Assembly (NCBI GenBank): GCA_030141605.1
Contig: JAQGDQ010000137.1
Location: 456,796 to 520,795 of the forward strand
DNA: 64,000 bases
Reading direction: 5' to 3'
Source: Tubiluchus corallicola
Lineage: Eukaryota > Animalia > Priapulida
The stretch's first letter is position 1, and every line of letters begins with the position of its first letter. The notes below the pieces were generated by a model. It did no database searches. It had not been told where the DNA came from and was given only the letters and a program-made list of their open reading frames with translations. Of the stretch, positions 12,806-24,969 are shown piece by piece. Made by a program: the position numbers and the translations under genes.

Positions 12806-13137
12806 ATTATAGCCAATATAAATTTGTGTCATTTGATCATAAGGGAGCTTTAAATTCAATTAAAGACAGCCCCCAAAGCAAATTATTGTGTCAGTGCTAT
12901 GTTTTTTGCACATCTATATTTACCCGAATAATTTTTCTAAAATTTCATACTTGTTTAATCTGGGAACATGCTCATGTTTCCTGTGCAATTCATTCACTGT
13001 ATATGATTTCCAAACATTTTACGAAATTCTGTATGAAGTTTAATAAATTTATGGTAAAATATGGCATATATGTGCAATTGTGTTAAATAGTGGCATATTG
13101 CATTTTTTTAGGTTCATTCAGGTACCTAATTGGATTA

Positions 13138-13737
13138 ATGTCTGAATTTGGATTTATTCAGCGTTTACTGAGCACTCGCACTTTACAAAAAGTAAGAGAA
13201 GTAACCAACGTGCTCTTTACTCGTCATCTGCTTCTGACAAACATCGGTATCAGCATGTCATTATCAGGAACTGGAGACGTGTTGCAGCAACAGTATCAGA
13301 AAGTGTGCAATCGTCAATTAGCTGCATATGATTGTAAGAGAACGTTCGATTTGACACTAGCTGGTGCTACAGCAGGAGTGGTATGCCATTACTGGTATCA
13401 GATTCTAGATAAAAAACTACCTCAAGCTACCACTAAAGTTGTTTGCAAGAAAATAGTTCTAGATCAAATTTGTTTTTCACCGGTAATGTGGGTTGTATTT
13501 TTTGGAACACTAGCTATAGCTGAAGGAGTGCAGCTAAAAGTATTTGCAGAAGAGGCATTGCATAAAGGAACAAAGTTGTGGTTAGCAGAAGTTCTTATTT
13601 GGCCTCCTGCACAAGCTGTAAACTTTGCCTTTCTTCCAACCAAGTACAGAGTTCTCTATGATAGCACCATATCCTTGGGGTTTGACATATATGTATCTTA
13701 TTTAAAACACCACACATCTGGGAAAACAAGAAGGTAG
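13138..13737 (+). CDS. MPV17L2: Mpv17/PMP22-family mitochondrial inner membrane protein, MPV17-like 2; single coding exon, 199 aa
   Basis: HLLLTNIG..GTGDVLQQ, HYWYQILD, KKIVLDQICFSP, IWPPAQAVNFAFLPTKYRVLYDSTISLGFDIYVSYLKH. First ATG at 13138, preceded by acceptor TTTTTTTAG (13111), implying an upstream non-coding exon. Confidence 0.88.
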   Translation: MSEFGFIQRLLSTRTLQKVREVTNVLFTRHLLLTNIGISMSLSGTGDVLQQQYQKVCNRQLAAYDCKRTFDLTLAGATAGVVCHYWYQILDKKLPQATTKVVCKKIVLDQICFSPVMWVVFFGTLAIAEGVQLKVFAEEALHKGTKLWLAEVLIWPPAQAVNFAFLPTKYRVLYDSTISLGFDIYVSYLKHHTSGKTRR

Positions 13738-14789
13738 AAAAACACTCATCACAGTAGTGATTAAAAACTAAATTAACGAAGTTTCACCTTATTAGTGACA
13801 CTCCTATACTGTTTTTGCTGTGGTTGTCAACACATTAACTTTCAGAAAATTAATTTGCAGTCACTGGTTAGGACAGCAGGTATACATAATATATATATCT
13901 AGTAAAATAATTTTGACATAAAGTGAAAACTGTACATGACAGTTGCCTTACCAGTCAGGAATTGGATGTTGCAATAGTAACGTCACATAATGTGCAATGA
14001 CACTTCTGATTAGGTGCTATTACATGTATAATGGAATTTAAATAGTTTTGATTTTAATTGGTGCTACTCCTGGTTTGTTTGATCATGAGACTACTACATT
14101 CAAACCTTTTTATACTGCCTACTTTGGGACTGTACAAAAACTTGCTGTTATAGTGAGTTTGGCATTTTAATGAAGTGTCTTAATATGTATCTATGCACAT
14201 ATAGATATTTTGTTTTGCCAAAAATTTAGATGTTAAACGAGGTTGGCATTATAAAGGGGGCATTATAATGCTTTTTGACTCTAGTATGTTCTCATAGAGA
14301 ACTACATTGAGCAGACAAGAACAAAAGCAGTCCAAAATTGTAGAGTCTGGTTGGAAGGCTTTTTCAAAAATACAAATTATTGATACAAAAATTGGTGATG
14401 TTATTTGTATTATATACAACAATGTAATTCTAAACTGTTTTTCAGTTAATTTATATGAATGTAATATCAAGCCAGGAGTAGACATCAAGTAGGTGTTAAC
14501 AGTTTAAAACACTGAATACCACCTAGCTAGCAACTGTCTCATAGTATAGCACTGCTACATCATGAAGCATATAATTCATAATAAAAATAAAATTGGCATG
14601 TTTTTTACCCGCATTTCTGTAATTCCTGTTAAATTATATCTGTGTTGATTTGTAAACCAATTCATTTACTGGAAGTATTTCTCTCTATTGGATGATTTAG
14701 TAATAAAATTATTAAAACACCAAGACTAATCGGTTTTTGTGTTTTTCATATAAAACATATATTTATGAAATGTCAAAATGATCCTGATA

Positions 14790-14856
14790 TGAGTGGGATT
14801 TGAGCCCAGAACACTGAATTGGCAGCCAAGCAATATGCTACTGGACCACTGCATTG
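14790..14856 (-). repeat. Degenerate tRNA-like (SINE head) sequence
   Basis: Minus strand reads TGGTCCAGTAG ... CTGCCAA ... GGGCTCAAATCCC (A-box-like and B-box-like); too degenerate for a functional tRNA. Confidence 0.4.
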
Positions 14857-15572
14857 TTGTCAGATGAATCATAATGAGAGTCATTTTCTAAGCTTAATTT
14901 AACATCAAATTAAATACATAATAACAAGTTGAATGTTTTCTCTTAATCTACATTTTTCCCTATGTGGGAGAGCGCTTCATTAAAATGGTGCAATTTTTAA
15001 ACTGAAGCAGTCTGGTATCAAGGTTAATGTACTAAAACTAATTTGATTTTGCTAAACTATGCTACATGGTAGTCCCTCAAAGTTTTTCCTATTTATATTT
15101 TACATAACAGATATCTTTAACAAATTAAATTTTTCTATGCTTAAATACGCTGGTGATGATGCATTTACACACATAGTCATGCATAACATTTTAACAGAGG
15201 AGTAAGCCTGCAACAACACAGAACAATTTGTTATCTTTGTGTCACAGTGTCTCACAATAGAGACCCTATCACGCCTTCAATATTTAGTATGAAAGTATTG
15301 TGCACCTCGGACAATCTGTATCGACTCATAGCGATATATACTACAAGATTTAGGATTATAACCTTAAACGTTATAGAACAAATATAGGAAAACAATTAAT
15401 TACATATATGGTACCAATGTATATTTGGTACTTGTCACAAAAATTTACGGTTACTTTTAGGCTTACAGTTTGATTTATTGCTTGCTTACATTGTAGATCA
15501 AGTTCCGCCTAATGTAACAACACAAATTATATAAATAAGAACTAAATGACTTAAAAAGGTCGTTTTGACCGT

Positions 15573-15656
15573 GTATATATAAACAAGTGTCTTTGGCGAC
15601 TTTACTTGTTTTCGTTGGAGTTTTCAATCGTTAATTCGCTGTGCCCCTCGAAAAAG
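15573..15656 (+). promoter_or_regulatory. Candidate TATA box and non-coding first exon of the Kazal gene
   Basis: TATATATAAA at ~15574-15583, followed by donor AAG|GTAAGC at 15657; acceptor TTTTATTACAG at 16826 just upstream of the signal-peptide ATG. Confidence 0.45.
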
Positions 15657-16218
15657 GTAAGCGGGTAAAGTTTTTTGGCTCTAGTTAATCCACGTAAGTG
15701 TTTTCTAAAACTAACAATTTAAAATCCTCTGTTCCAGATGTACCCAGCAATTAAAGTCCGTATATTTATTTCTAATATGTACAAAAATTAATGCAACAAG
15801 GTATGCGCTACCTTCTCATGAAAAATCTTCAACGCTATAGTTGTGTAGATTTTGTCGATTAAACTCAAAACAAAATGAGGTATTTTTATATAATTTGCTC
15901 ATTTTCCTCGATATATTTATACAAAGTGGTTCTACTTAACATTAACAACTTCTTTATGTAAATTACAAAATCCAGTTGGTCTGATCACTCTTAATAAACA
16001 ACGGTGGCTAAGATTTAAGAAATTAGTTAAACAACTTTTTTACATGGTGATGTTTTATAAGTGTAAATATGAAATTATAACTCATTGAACGACACTAACA
16101 ATCTGTAACTGCAGTATGAACGCTGGAATGACCTAAATCCACAAGACAGGACATGGTAATTCTGGTACACATAAGCTTTTTAATGGAATATTTTTTGTCT
16201 TCTATAAATTATTTTACA

Positions 16219-16782
16219 CAGTTAACCTCGGATATAAGGTACTCACTTAAAACGGACAATCGCTTATAAGGGACCACCGAAGCCGGTCCCGATTTTTTGC
16301 AGCGTTTTTCCTTACAAAAATTTGCGTATATAAACTACTCGGATATAACGGACTTTCGTTTATAAGGGACGACATTTTCGGGTCCCGTGCGATGGAAATC
16401 AAATTAATTTCCTCGCATATAAGGGACTTGGTGACCGAATACTTTTTCATGCTTAAACTTGACATGTGCCATCTGCAATGGTGGTTTACCGGGGAACTAG
16501 ATGGTTTGCTGGTAATATCTTCACCAATTTTCCGGGAAATTTCCAAAAGTTAATTCAACAGAGTGGTAGTTTTTTAATAAACGTTTATTTTGAAGTTCAG
16601 TTCATGGGCAAATATTTGACAGAGTCGGTTCAGTATGTACCAAATGTTCAGAGAAACGGTCGAAAAGTGCTACTGAAGTAGGGGAATAGATAGCGCGCAA
16701 GCTGTTTCAGTTACAAGAGACACCGAATATACGGGACGATTTTTTCCGGTCCGGAGGTGTCCCTTATATCTGAAATTTACTG
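16219..16782. mobile_element. Tc1/mariner (pogo/Tigger-like) MITE in the candidate first intron of the Kazal gene
   Basis: Left CAGTTAACCTCGGATATAAGG, right CCCTTATATCTGAAATTTACTG|TA; repeated ATAAGGGAC subterminal motifs. Confidence 0.75.
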
Positions 16783-16839
16783 TAGTTTATAATTTTTTAT
16801 TATTCTTCCTACTTGTTTTATTACAGCATAACTGTCACT

Positions 16840-19800
16840 ATGAAATTTGTTGTATGCTTCCTTCTGGTGCCAGCTTTAACAGTGGCTCGTCCTTACAGTA
16901 AGTGAAATTTATATACAAAACATATAATATATCACATGTACAAGTGTTTTCAAGAACCATGTAGCCACTTACATTTTTTCTAGTTTTTCTGTGAAGCATG
17001 GAACCCAAAGAGGTTAGACAGATTTATATAGATTTGATTAATCGAATTCTCATTTCCAATCCGGTTTCTAAGCATACATAACCGTGTGTGTAATTTGTTA
17101 CCATTTAACTCTTCTGCCTCCAAAGAATGACTTCAGTATACTTGACCATAGGTTGCTTTGCATAAAATTGTATAAAAGAGTAGACATCTTTCTCACACAT
17201 GTACAAGTTTTATAACAAATCCAACACATTTAGCCCAAAACTTACTTTGGCAGGAATTTCACTGATTTGGCGCGCAGAGGCAGTTCATCTTGGCTGTACT
17301 AACCTCTAATTTAGCTGATGCTAACGGTATAAGTCGTAAACGTAGCGATTTTATATACAGAGCTAATAATGTAATTAGCAATTTTTCATTTCTCAGCAGT
17401 AGTATGAAAACAAAAGTATTTATGACCTACTGTTACACTTTCTACGGCAGCCAAATTTGGAAAGTTGCTAATGCATACATTAGTGATATTAATACAGCCT
17501 GGAATATATCCATCCGTGAACTATGGAAGCTGCCAAATAAAACTCACATGTTCATTTTACCATGCATCAGTAAAATTTATTGCCCAAGTAAACAATTTGA
17601 GAAGCGTTTCGTGCAATATTATGTAACTTGTGTGAACAGCCACAATACATTAGTTAGTTATTTTGCTAGGGAAGTTGAATTTTCAACAAGATCTGTCTTA
17701 GGTCATAATCTACAATTGCTTAACTTTAAATATAATAATAACTATTGCATTAATTTCACTCAGTAGCAAAAATGAAATGAGAAAAATTAAAGATGGTATT
17801 GTGAGTAGCAGTTTTGATCTGACATCTGAGGACGAAATCGTTTGTTCAGTGATAGAAGGTACCATAAATGCTATTGTATGCAACAATGATTTTTTAGAAA
17901 TGCCTAACTTGAATGAAATTAAAAATTGTCTCTGTGTTAATTAACTTTTCACGGTTGTTTTCCATTGGTAATATAATATGTATAAATATTGTGTCTTAGG
18001 TATTTAGGATACGTGTAATTGTAATATTTGTATTGTATTACTTTTCTTTGTTTTGATCTTAATGACTGATTTTTTTTATGCATATAATTGTTTGTGTCAG
18101 TATCTACTAATCCCGTAATTGTAATTTTATTTTTTCTATATAATTTTGTACTTTTCTATAATTTCAATGTGACCTATATGTTCGAAGTAAATGATATATT
18201 TATAATAGCCAAAATGTGAAATTTTCATCCTTTAATATATTAATAACGAAGCTGTTTTTTCTTTAAAGCACCAGAACGTGAACCGTGCAATTGTAGTCTC
18301 ATTTATAAACCTGTTTGTGGAACAGATGGAAGGACTTACGCAAATGTATGCATGATGCTATGTGCCAGATATCCTGACGTCCGTAAGTATCGCCCAGCAT
18401 TTAAACTGTATATACTGATCTTCAATTAGTACAGTAACGTAAAGCTAAAACTTGGGATGTCACCTTACCTGTGATATAATATTTTTTATTTTATTTTAGT
18501 CTTTTTTTCAGCTCGTAGACATAGTTTTAAGCCATAAAAATACAATAACTGCTAAAAATAATTATAAAAACATAAAGTTACAATTTACAGAAAAATAAAA
18601 AGAGAAAGTAGTTAAAATGTTTACATAAATGACATGCATTAAAAGAACATTAAAATTACATTCTAATGGGCAAAATTTTGATATAGACTAAATATACACT
18701 AATTTAAAATTTATGCACTTATTTCAGAAAATTTTTCTCAAAAGACATCCCCCTGACATTTCATTCATACTTACGTCATATGAAATAAAGTATCTGTAAT
18801 TTAAAGGAAAACCGGACATAATCTTAAACTATAGCTCAGAATAATCTAATCTGTAAAATATTGAAAGGCAACATGCTATTTTTCAAGAATAACTTACATG
18901 AAAGAATTATTAACACAGAAACGTAATTTTGCTCTAACGCCTCCAGTTTTTCGTGTTACATGTGTTCGCCATGCATTCGCTAGTTAGACTGGCACTGGGG
19001 GCTACATCTATGAAACACTATGAAAAACGAAAAACAGGTGTTGTACCTCTCAGTCAGAGGTGTTTGTTAAGACGTAGTACACATTTTCGAGAGCACAGCA
19101 GTAAATTAGAAATTTGAATTTCAAAGTTAAAATTTGCCAAGTTTTGAATGTAGCACTGTAGTTAAATTTTCTTATGCAAATACGTGCATAAAATTGTTAA
19201 TGTTGTTGAAAATTATGTTCAGTTATGATCTCATCACTAGTTGGGCTCGCCAGCCATTAACTAGTTTTTAAATTATTATTTAATAATCTGGAACGTTTTG
19301 GCCTTATTATAAGTGTTAAAATGTATAGTTTTTATCGTACTTCAAAATTGTCTAGGATATCAAAAATCATCCCGTTTGGTACATTTAACATTTTTGCCAG
19401 TGTTTGTAAATTTCTAAGTTCAGAAATTCGCTGTTGCTTACACTTAACTCTAGAGACCTCAACTCTTGAATAATCAGTTTTACAATAAATAAATGTATTT
19501 CAGAAAGATAAATTGGAGTAATAAGACAAGTAATTTTTTGTTCATTTCGTCTTTCTGCATGGCGGAAAAGAATCCATGTGCTAAAGTCACAGGCAAAAAG
19601 TTACTGGTAAAAAAGTCACAGAAAAAAAGAAGAAAGAAGACCCTGGCTAAAATTAGTTGTAACTTTTTTCCTGTGACTTATTTCTAGCCAAAATTATGGC
19701 TTCAGAAACTTTTTTCCTGTAACTTTAATACCGGTCACCGCATGTAGGAAAGCACGTATAGGCAGGAGGTATTCAAAGTAATGTTTACGACGTCATTGAA

Positions 19801-20878
19801 GCCTCATTCATCCAGATGCACTACGAGGTACACAACATTGGGTTACGCATGATATCTCCCAGAGTCAGTATAGAACCTACGCCACTCACATATAGGGTAG
19901 AAGTGCTACCACTTGACCCCAAATGTCTAATTACGAAGTTCTACACGAAGCGGCATGCTAAGCCTACAGTAAGCCGCATACACGTTTTTTTGCAGAATTA
20001 ATTTGCATTCAGCATCACAAGCTCTCAGCATTTTTGCTATCATCTGTTTTGCAGGCATGGAAATTGGAAAACAATGCGATGGAGAATGTCCGTGCTACGA
20101 AAAAGTCACTGCAGCACCATTACCTGCAACAAAGTTCACAAAGCCTGCAGCAAGAGAACCATTACCTGAACCTGAACCATTACCCTACATTACCAAGCCC
20201 TGCCTAATGGCATGTCCAAAACTCTACAGCCCCGTGTGCGGCCGTTTAGTTTATCCAGACAGAAAAGGCGCCTGTGTACAGTACACAAACGCATGTGTCA
20301 GAAAAATGTAAGTATGCCTATTTAAAACAAAAATTCCTTGAGCATAGTAAGGCAATGCAAACAGCAGCTGTAGTGCGGCACACAGTTAAAATTTGGAATC
20401 GCTTGCTACTAAGTGCACTGACGCATCAGAATGCTAGCTTGAAACAACTGGAAAATTATTTATTAAATTTAAGCAGAAGCGAGTTTTAATATTGCAGAAC
20501 AGCCATTGGACGTAATTAAGTGCTGCAATTACATTTAAACAAATAAATTCCAATTAGATCCATTTGAACCAAAATTGATTTTGTAGCATTTAAAATACTA
20601 ATCAAGCATTTCTCCAATAATTTTAGATTAAAACTGGAGATAGCAGGAGGCTAATTAAGCAAAGTTTTCAATTCAACCAAACAAAACAAAACATTTCTGT
20701 AGAAAACAGAAGTCATCACACTTTGTGAAAGTTTCGTTTTCCTTTCAGGGCTGAATGCAAAGCAAAGCTTCAATCACCACGTGCTGTCATGGAAGAATGC
20801 TATTGCAGACCATATGACGGAATTGACAGAATTGACAGAATTGACAGAACTGACAAATTTTATCCAGATTTTGAATAA
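16840..20878 (+). CDS. Secreted two-domain Kazal-type serine protease inhibitor-like protein (184 aa)
   Basis: Exons 16840-16897 (signal peptide MKFVVCFLLVPALTVA), 18269-18382 (CNCSLIYKPVCGTDGRTYANVC), 20055-20307 (CDGECPC, Pro-rich linker, CLMACPKLYSPVCG..YTNAC), 20749-20878; all GT-AG and phase-consistent (555 nt). Confidence 0.85.
17290..17940 (+). mobile_element. 5'-truncated non-LTR retrotransposon fragment (CR1/L2-like, region downstream of RT)
   Basis: ORF with RANNVISNF..KVFMTYCYTFYGSQIW..TAWNISIRELWKLP resembles LINE ORF2 C-termini; lies in a Kazal-gene intron. Confidence 0.7.
18801..19240 (+). mobile_element. Dispersed repeat family copy A (Kolobok-like TTAA|AGG terminus)
   Basis: Shares CTTAAACTATAGCTC, GCTAGTTAGAC, GTACCTCTCAGT and TTTGAATTT blocks with copies at ~32.6, 39.5 and 51.4 kb; begins TTAAAGGAAAACCGGAC. 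Confidence 0.65.
19560..19740. mobile_element. Small MITE-like palindrome with AAAAAGTCACAG repeats
   Basis: AAAGTCACAGG/AAAAAGTCACAG on the left mirrored by TTTTCCTGTGACTT/TTTTTCCTGTAACTTT on the right. Confidence 0.55.
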
Positions 20879-21224
20879 CATAATCATTGATTTTGATTTT
20901 ATTATTATTTGATTAAAAAGGAAAATTGTGGGTATTTCAACTTTTATATAATCAGATTTTATGGCTTGGTTGTATGGAATAAATGGTGATAGTTGGGCAT
21001 AACAAGCTAGCACATGTTATTTTTCGTTTATAATGAATTAATAAACATTTCCTCCTTTGATTCTTCGAGATATAAATTAATGTACTCATGAATGGATTCC
21101 CAATTTGGCGTAATCTTATACAACAAAAGTCTTTTCTTGGATTTATACTTAACCTACAGGCAGATCGGTAGTGTGCCGGTGGAAAGCCACATCTCCTTAG
21201 CTCGGTAATCCCCCACTTCGGCAG

Positions 21225-21335
21225 TTATCTTTTCGTCAGTCTACTTTTCCGCCAGTAACCTTTTCGCCAGTCTATCTTTTCGCCAGTCTACCTTTTCGCC
21301 GGTCTACCTTTTTGCCAGTCTGCCTTTTCGCCAAT
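21225..21335. repeat. ~17-bp tandem repeat (TCTACCTTTTCGCCAG)x6-7, probably a transposon subterminal array
   Basis: Seen directly. Confidence 0.75.
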
Positions 21336-22318
21336 GTAATCATGACTAACAATAAAAACTTAACTCACCTATTATATAGAAGTCACCATTGACATATTAG
21401 GTATTGACGTGGTTCCATTTAAAGGGAACGGAATATGTATGTCTTACAGAGGCGCTCCATATATCATTGGATTCGGAAAAAACATAGAAACTGATGCACT
21501 GAGTCAAAATTGCGAGTTGAATAGATGTGAGATACCGAGAAGGATGAACATTCAAATCTGATAAAATTTCTGCTCTATGATGCTTAGCTTCCCAGAGACT
21601 CATCTTTTTGGATTAACTCAAAGTTATACAGTGGTACTCCACCAAATTTGGTGGAGCTAGCGTAAAGGGCCACTTTTGTTTACAATTTCAAGTCGTGACC
21701 CTTTGACCCGCCTGAGTTATGGCCTGAATATCGTCAAAATACGTGTATTTTGAGAGGCAATTACTCCTGCAAGAAGCGCCACCTACCAATCCTTATCAAT
21801 AGTTAGCCACAGTCTTTCTGGACTCGTGTACCATGCTTATACTTATGTATAGGAGGTACTGACATTGTTTCCTTTAAACGCTCTCTGAACGAAAGCTATG
21901 AGTCGTACAGAGACGTACTATATATATATATATCATTGGATTCGCAAGGAAACGTAGAATAACTGCGCTGTGCTGAAAATTTTTCCTCTGTTTTTGTTTA
22001 ATCGAAAATAACAGAATTTTTTTCAAATTGCATAATTTCCTTTGTTATCTGATACGAAGGTGTCGAAATGCCTAATTTGGGAAGCCATGTCTCTTGAAGT
22101 AAGCCTTCCGGAATCGCGTGGCTAATACTCGAGATGGAAGCATCCTTGCGTCACTAGGTATAGAAGCTCACCAGAATTACTTATGTTACTCAGGACAAAA
22201 GCACCACCTAGCAGCATAGAGACACGTGGCGGTAGTCCAATTAATTCTCTACCCAACCATGTGCTACGCAGCTGCCACCTGTAGAGTGTTTCTCCGTTGC
22301 GGCCGTTTTACTAGGCCC

Positions 22319-22619
22319 ATGTTGGTACCATACTTAAAACTTATGACAATAAAATCAACATTTTTTTAATTTTGGGAAACAGTAACTCTTGAAGGAAGCC
22401 ATTTTGAATCAAGTGGTTAACATTGAAAATAGAACTGACATTGTGATAGAAATAGCGTTTTTAGACCTATCTAGTATACTACTTATCGCCATTTTGTGGC
22501 TAAACGAAACACTAGCAATTTTGACGCAATGTACCCAATACTACGTTCTTTGGCCAACTGAATGGAGTGTTGTTCACCCCTGTCCGACGAACCATGCAAT
22601 ATAAGTATGGTACCGACAT
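22319..22619. mobile_element. MITE (~300 bp)
   Basis: TIRs ATGTTGGTACCATACTTA / TAAGTATGGTACCGACAT (one mismatch). Confidence 0.65.
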
Positions 22620-22782
22620 TTGTTCAGAAAGTGGCAGCGATGTAGACCGCTTTGTGGCATATTATTGATATTATGGGCATATTATTGAACAATAGGGCAT
22701 TGATATTTCGACGATTTTTGGGTCATAACTCAAGTGGGTTAATGGGTCACGACCCAAAATTACAAGCAAGAGGCCTTTGTTA

Positions 22783-22783
22783 T

Positions 22784-22834
<51 letters not shown>

Positions 22835-22860
22835 GAGAGAAAGAGAGAGAGAGAGAAAGA
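22783..22860. repeat. (GA)n microsatellite
   Basis: Seen directly. Confidence 0.95.
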
Positions 22861-23618
22861 AAACAATTTAAGAACTAACGACGCCAAGTTTTCTTGACTG
22901 AAATGAACCGGTCCGAAGCCAAGCCAGGTATAAAAGCACGGGACAAGTAACGTACAGCTTCCTTAGTTTCAGCGACCTAAGTAAGATAGCTTCTGTTATA
23001 CTTACTGTGATTATGCTATTAACATTTCAATCTTACATGAATACAACTTATTTTTCTCTGTGATTTGGTTATTATTATTATTGTGCATATCTTAAGTAAT
23101 CATTAATGGTTGATGTAAATGTAGTTTAATAGTGCAAGTTTCTGAGGTAAGAAAATACATTTTTAAATTTTCAACATGGCTGCACTTGCACGTGGCAATT
23201 TTACTGTGCTGTTTTTGGTTAATTTTTGGATGAAAATCATCCAATTAAAATATAAATATCACGTTTTTTTACTTATCGTTCCACGTGGAACATTTACTAA
23301 TATAATTTAAAAAAATGTTTGATGATAATTAATATGCAACTCTCGTGTTTTCCATCCCATTGCCAGTAGTTCACTGTTACAGTTTGACGTATGAAAGTTA
23401 ATGTCAATACATTATCTAAGTATGTTACACATGTCCATAGAATGCCGTAATGGTTACTATTAAGTTTAGCTTTATCTTTAAATTGATTCCAAATATTATA
23501 ATTTTACGAATTCATTGCAAATATTTTTGTAAACTTAACGTGAACGTAAAATTTATGGCTGATTTTCGTAAATATTAAACGAATACAAATTTTACATTTT
23601 ATCTCACTTATATTAGAG

Positions 23619-23939
23619 TAGTGTTTTCCAAACCTTTCCTGCACGTGACCCTTTTCAGTAGTATCAAACTTACAATGAGCCCTACTTTTATAAGCCTTCT
23701 GAAAACTTACTAATTTTTAATATCACAGATACATTATTTTAAAATTTAAAAGGTTAGTCACATCGCAGAGCAATAACAAAAAATATTTATTGTTAATGTT
23801 TATTAACAAAGATTGATCTAATCATATATTTTAGTGAGAAGGATGTATTTGCTTTTTTGATCCGGTGAGCTGAGTATACATATATTTGGACCTTCTATGA
23901 CCACTTTGGGGGTTACGACCCGCAGTTTGGGACCCACTG
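23619..23939. mobile_element. hAT (Charlie-like) MITE with 8-bp TSD
   Basis: Ends TAGTGTTTTCCAAAC / GTTTGGGACCCACTG; TSD TATTAGAG at 23611-23618 and 23940-23947. Confidence 0.8.
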
Positions 23940-24459
23940 TATTAGAGAGAATTTTATAATTCCATATTTGCATTATGCCGAACTTCATTCTATTTTTTTC
24001 AGATGTAAAAATAATTTCTTTAAATTTTTGTTTCCTTTGCTGCTATTTTAAACTAACGCTCGAGAGCTCTGCGTTAATTCAACTAGCAATGGGGTTGCAC
24101 TACAGTAACTGCATGGCACTTATTGCCACACCTATTTGCAAAATTTGTTAGTGCACATTTCTTTTGGGACGCCCTGTAGCTTGAGTTTTTGCCTTTTTAA
24201 CGTAATACTGCACGTGAATTTTCTATCCAGCTAACTTAAGAAAAAAAACCTGTTAAATTTCTTTGTTTAAATTGTTGATTATTTTCCGCGTGCTAACAGT
24301 TCCCGTATGATTCACATATTTTACTTTTTGGTCTTAAACTCTTTTCTGAAAAAGGCTATAAGGTAGAGAAGAAATGCTCAATTTTTTTCTAGTGGTTGTC
24401 TTTTGGGTTTGCTAATTTCTTAAAAATTTTCGGTTTTTCATATTGTTCAAACTTGTCAT

Positions 24460-24969
24460 ATGTTGCTCATAAATAATTACATAAATAATTACACATTACT
24501 AATCCTGTATAATAGTCTGGTTTTACCTTATCTCAATTACTGCAGCATTATTTGGGGCCCCACATATCCATCTAAACCGAAATGCTTAAAAACGTTGCAA
24601 CGAAAATTTTTAAGGTTAATGTATGGCCTACAGAAACGTAGTGAAGTACCTTTACTTCATTACGGTGAATGTAGAATTATGCATTTAGATGATTTAATTA
24701 AATTTTATATTGCAGTATTCATGTATAAATGCAGTAATAGATTATTTCCTAAGTTTTTTGCAATTCCTGTCAAATTGACATCTAAGAGACATAATACAAG
24801 ATTTAATCAATACATTGTGCCTTTCTGTAGATCCAACATAGCCAAACATTTTATAATATATCAAGGACCAAAAGTCTGGAATGAGATTTGTCAATCCGCA
24901 AAAGATAGCAGATCTATTACTAGATTTAAAAAAATGCTAAAAAATCAAATTTTAAGTAAGTACCAGTGA
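24460..24969 (+). mobile_element. 5'-truncated CR1/L2-clade LINE ORF2 C-terminal fragment
   Basis: LILYNSLVLPYLNYCSIIWG..LQRKFLR..HNTR..YQGPKVWN..FKKMLK resembles the CR1/L2/Crack post-RT region. Confidence 0.8.

Noticed and set aside
21225-21335. CRISPR-like repeat array
   Set aside because: Contiguous tandem units without spacers, in a eukaryotic context with no cas genes.
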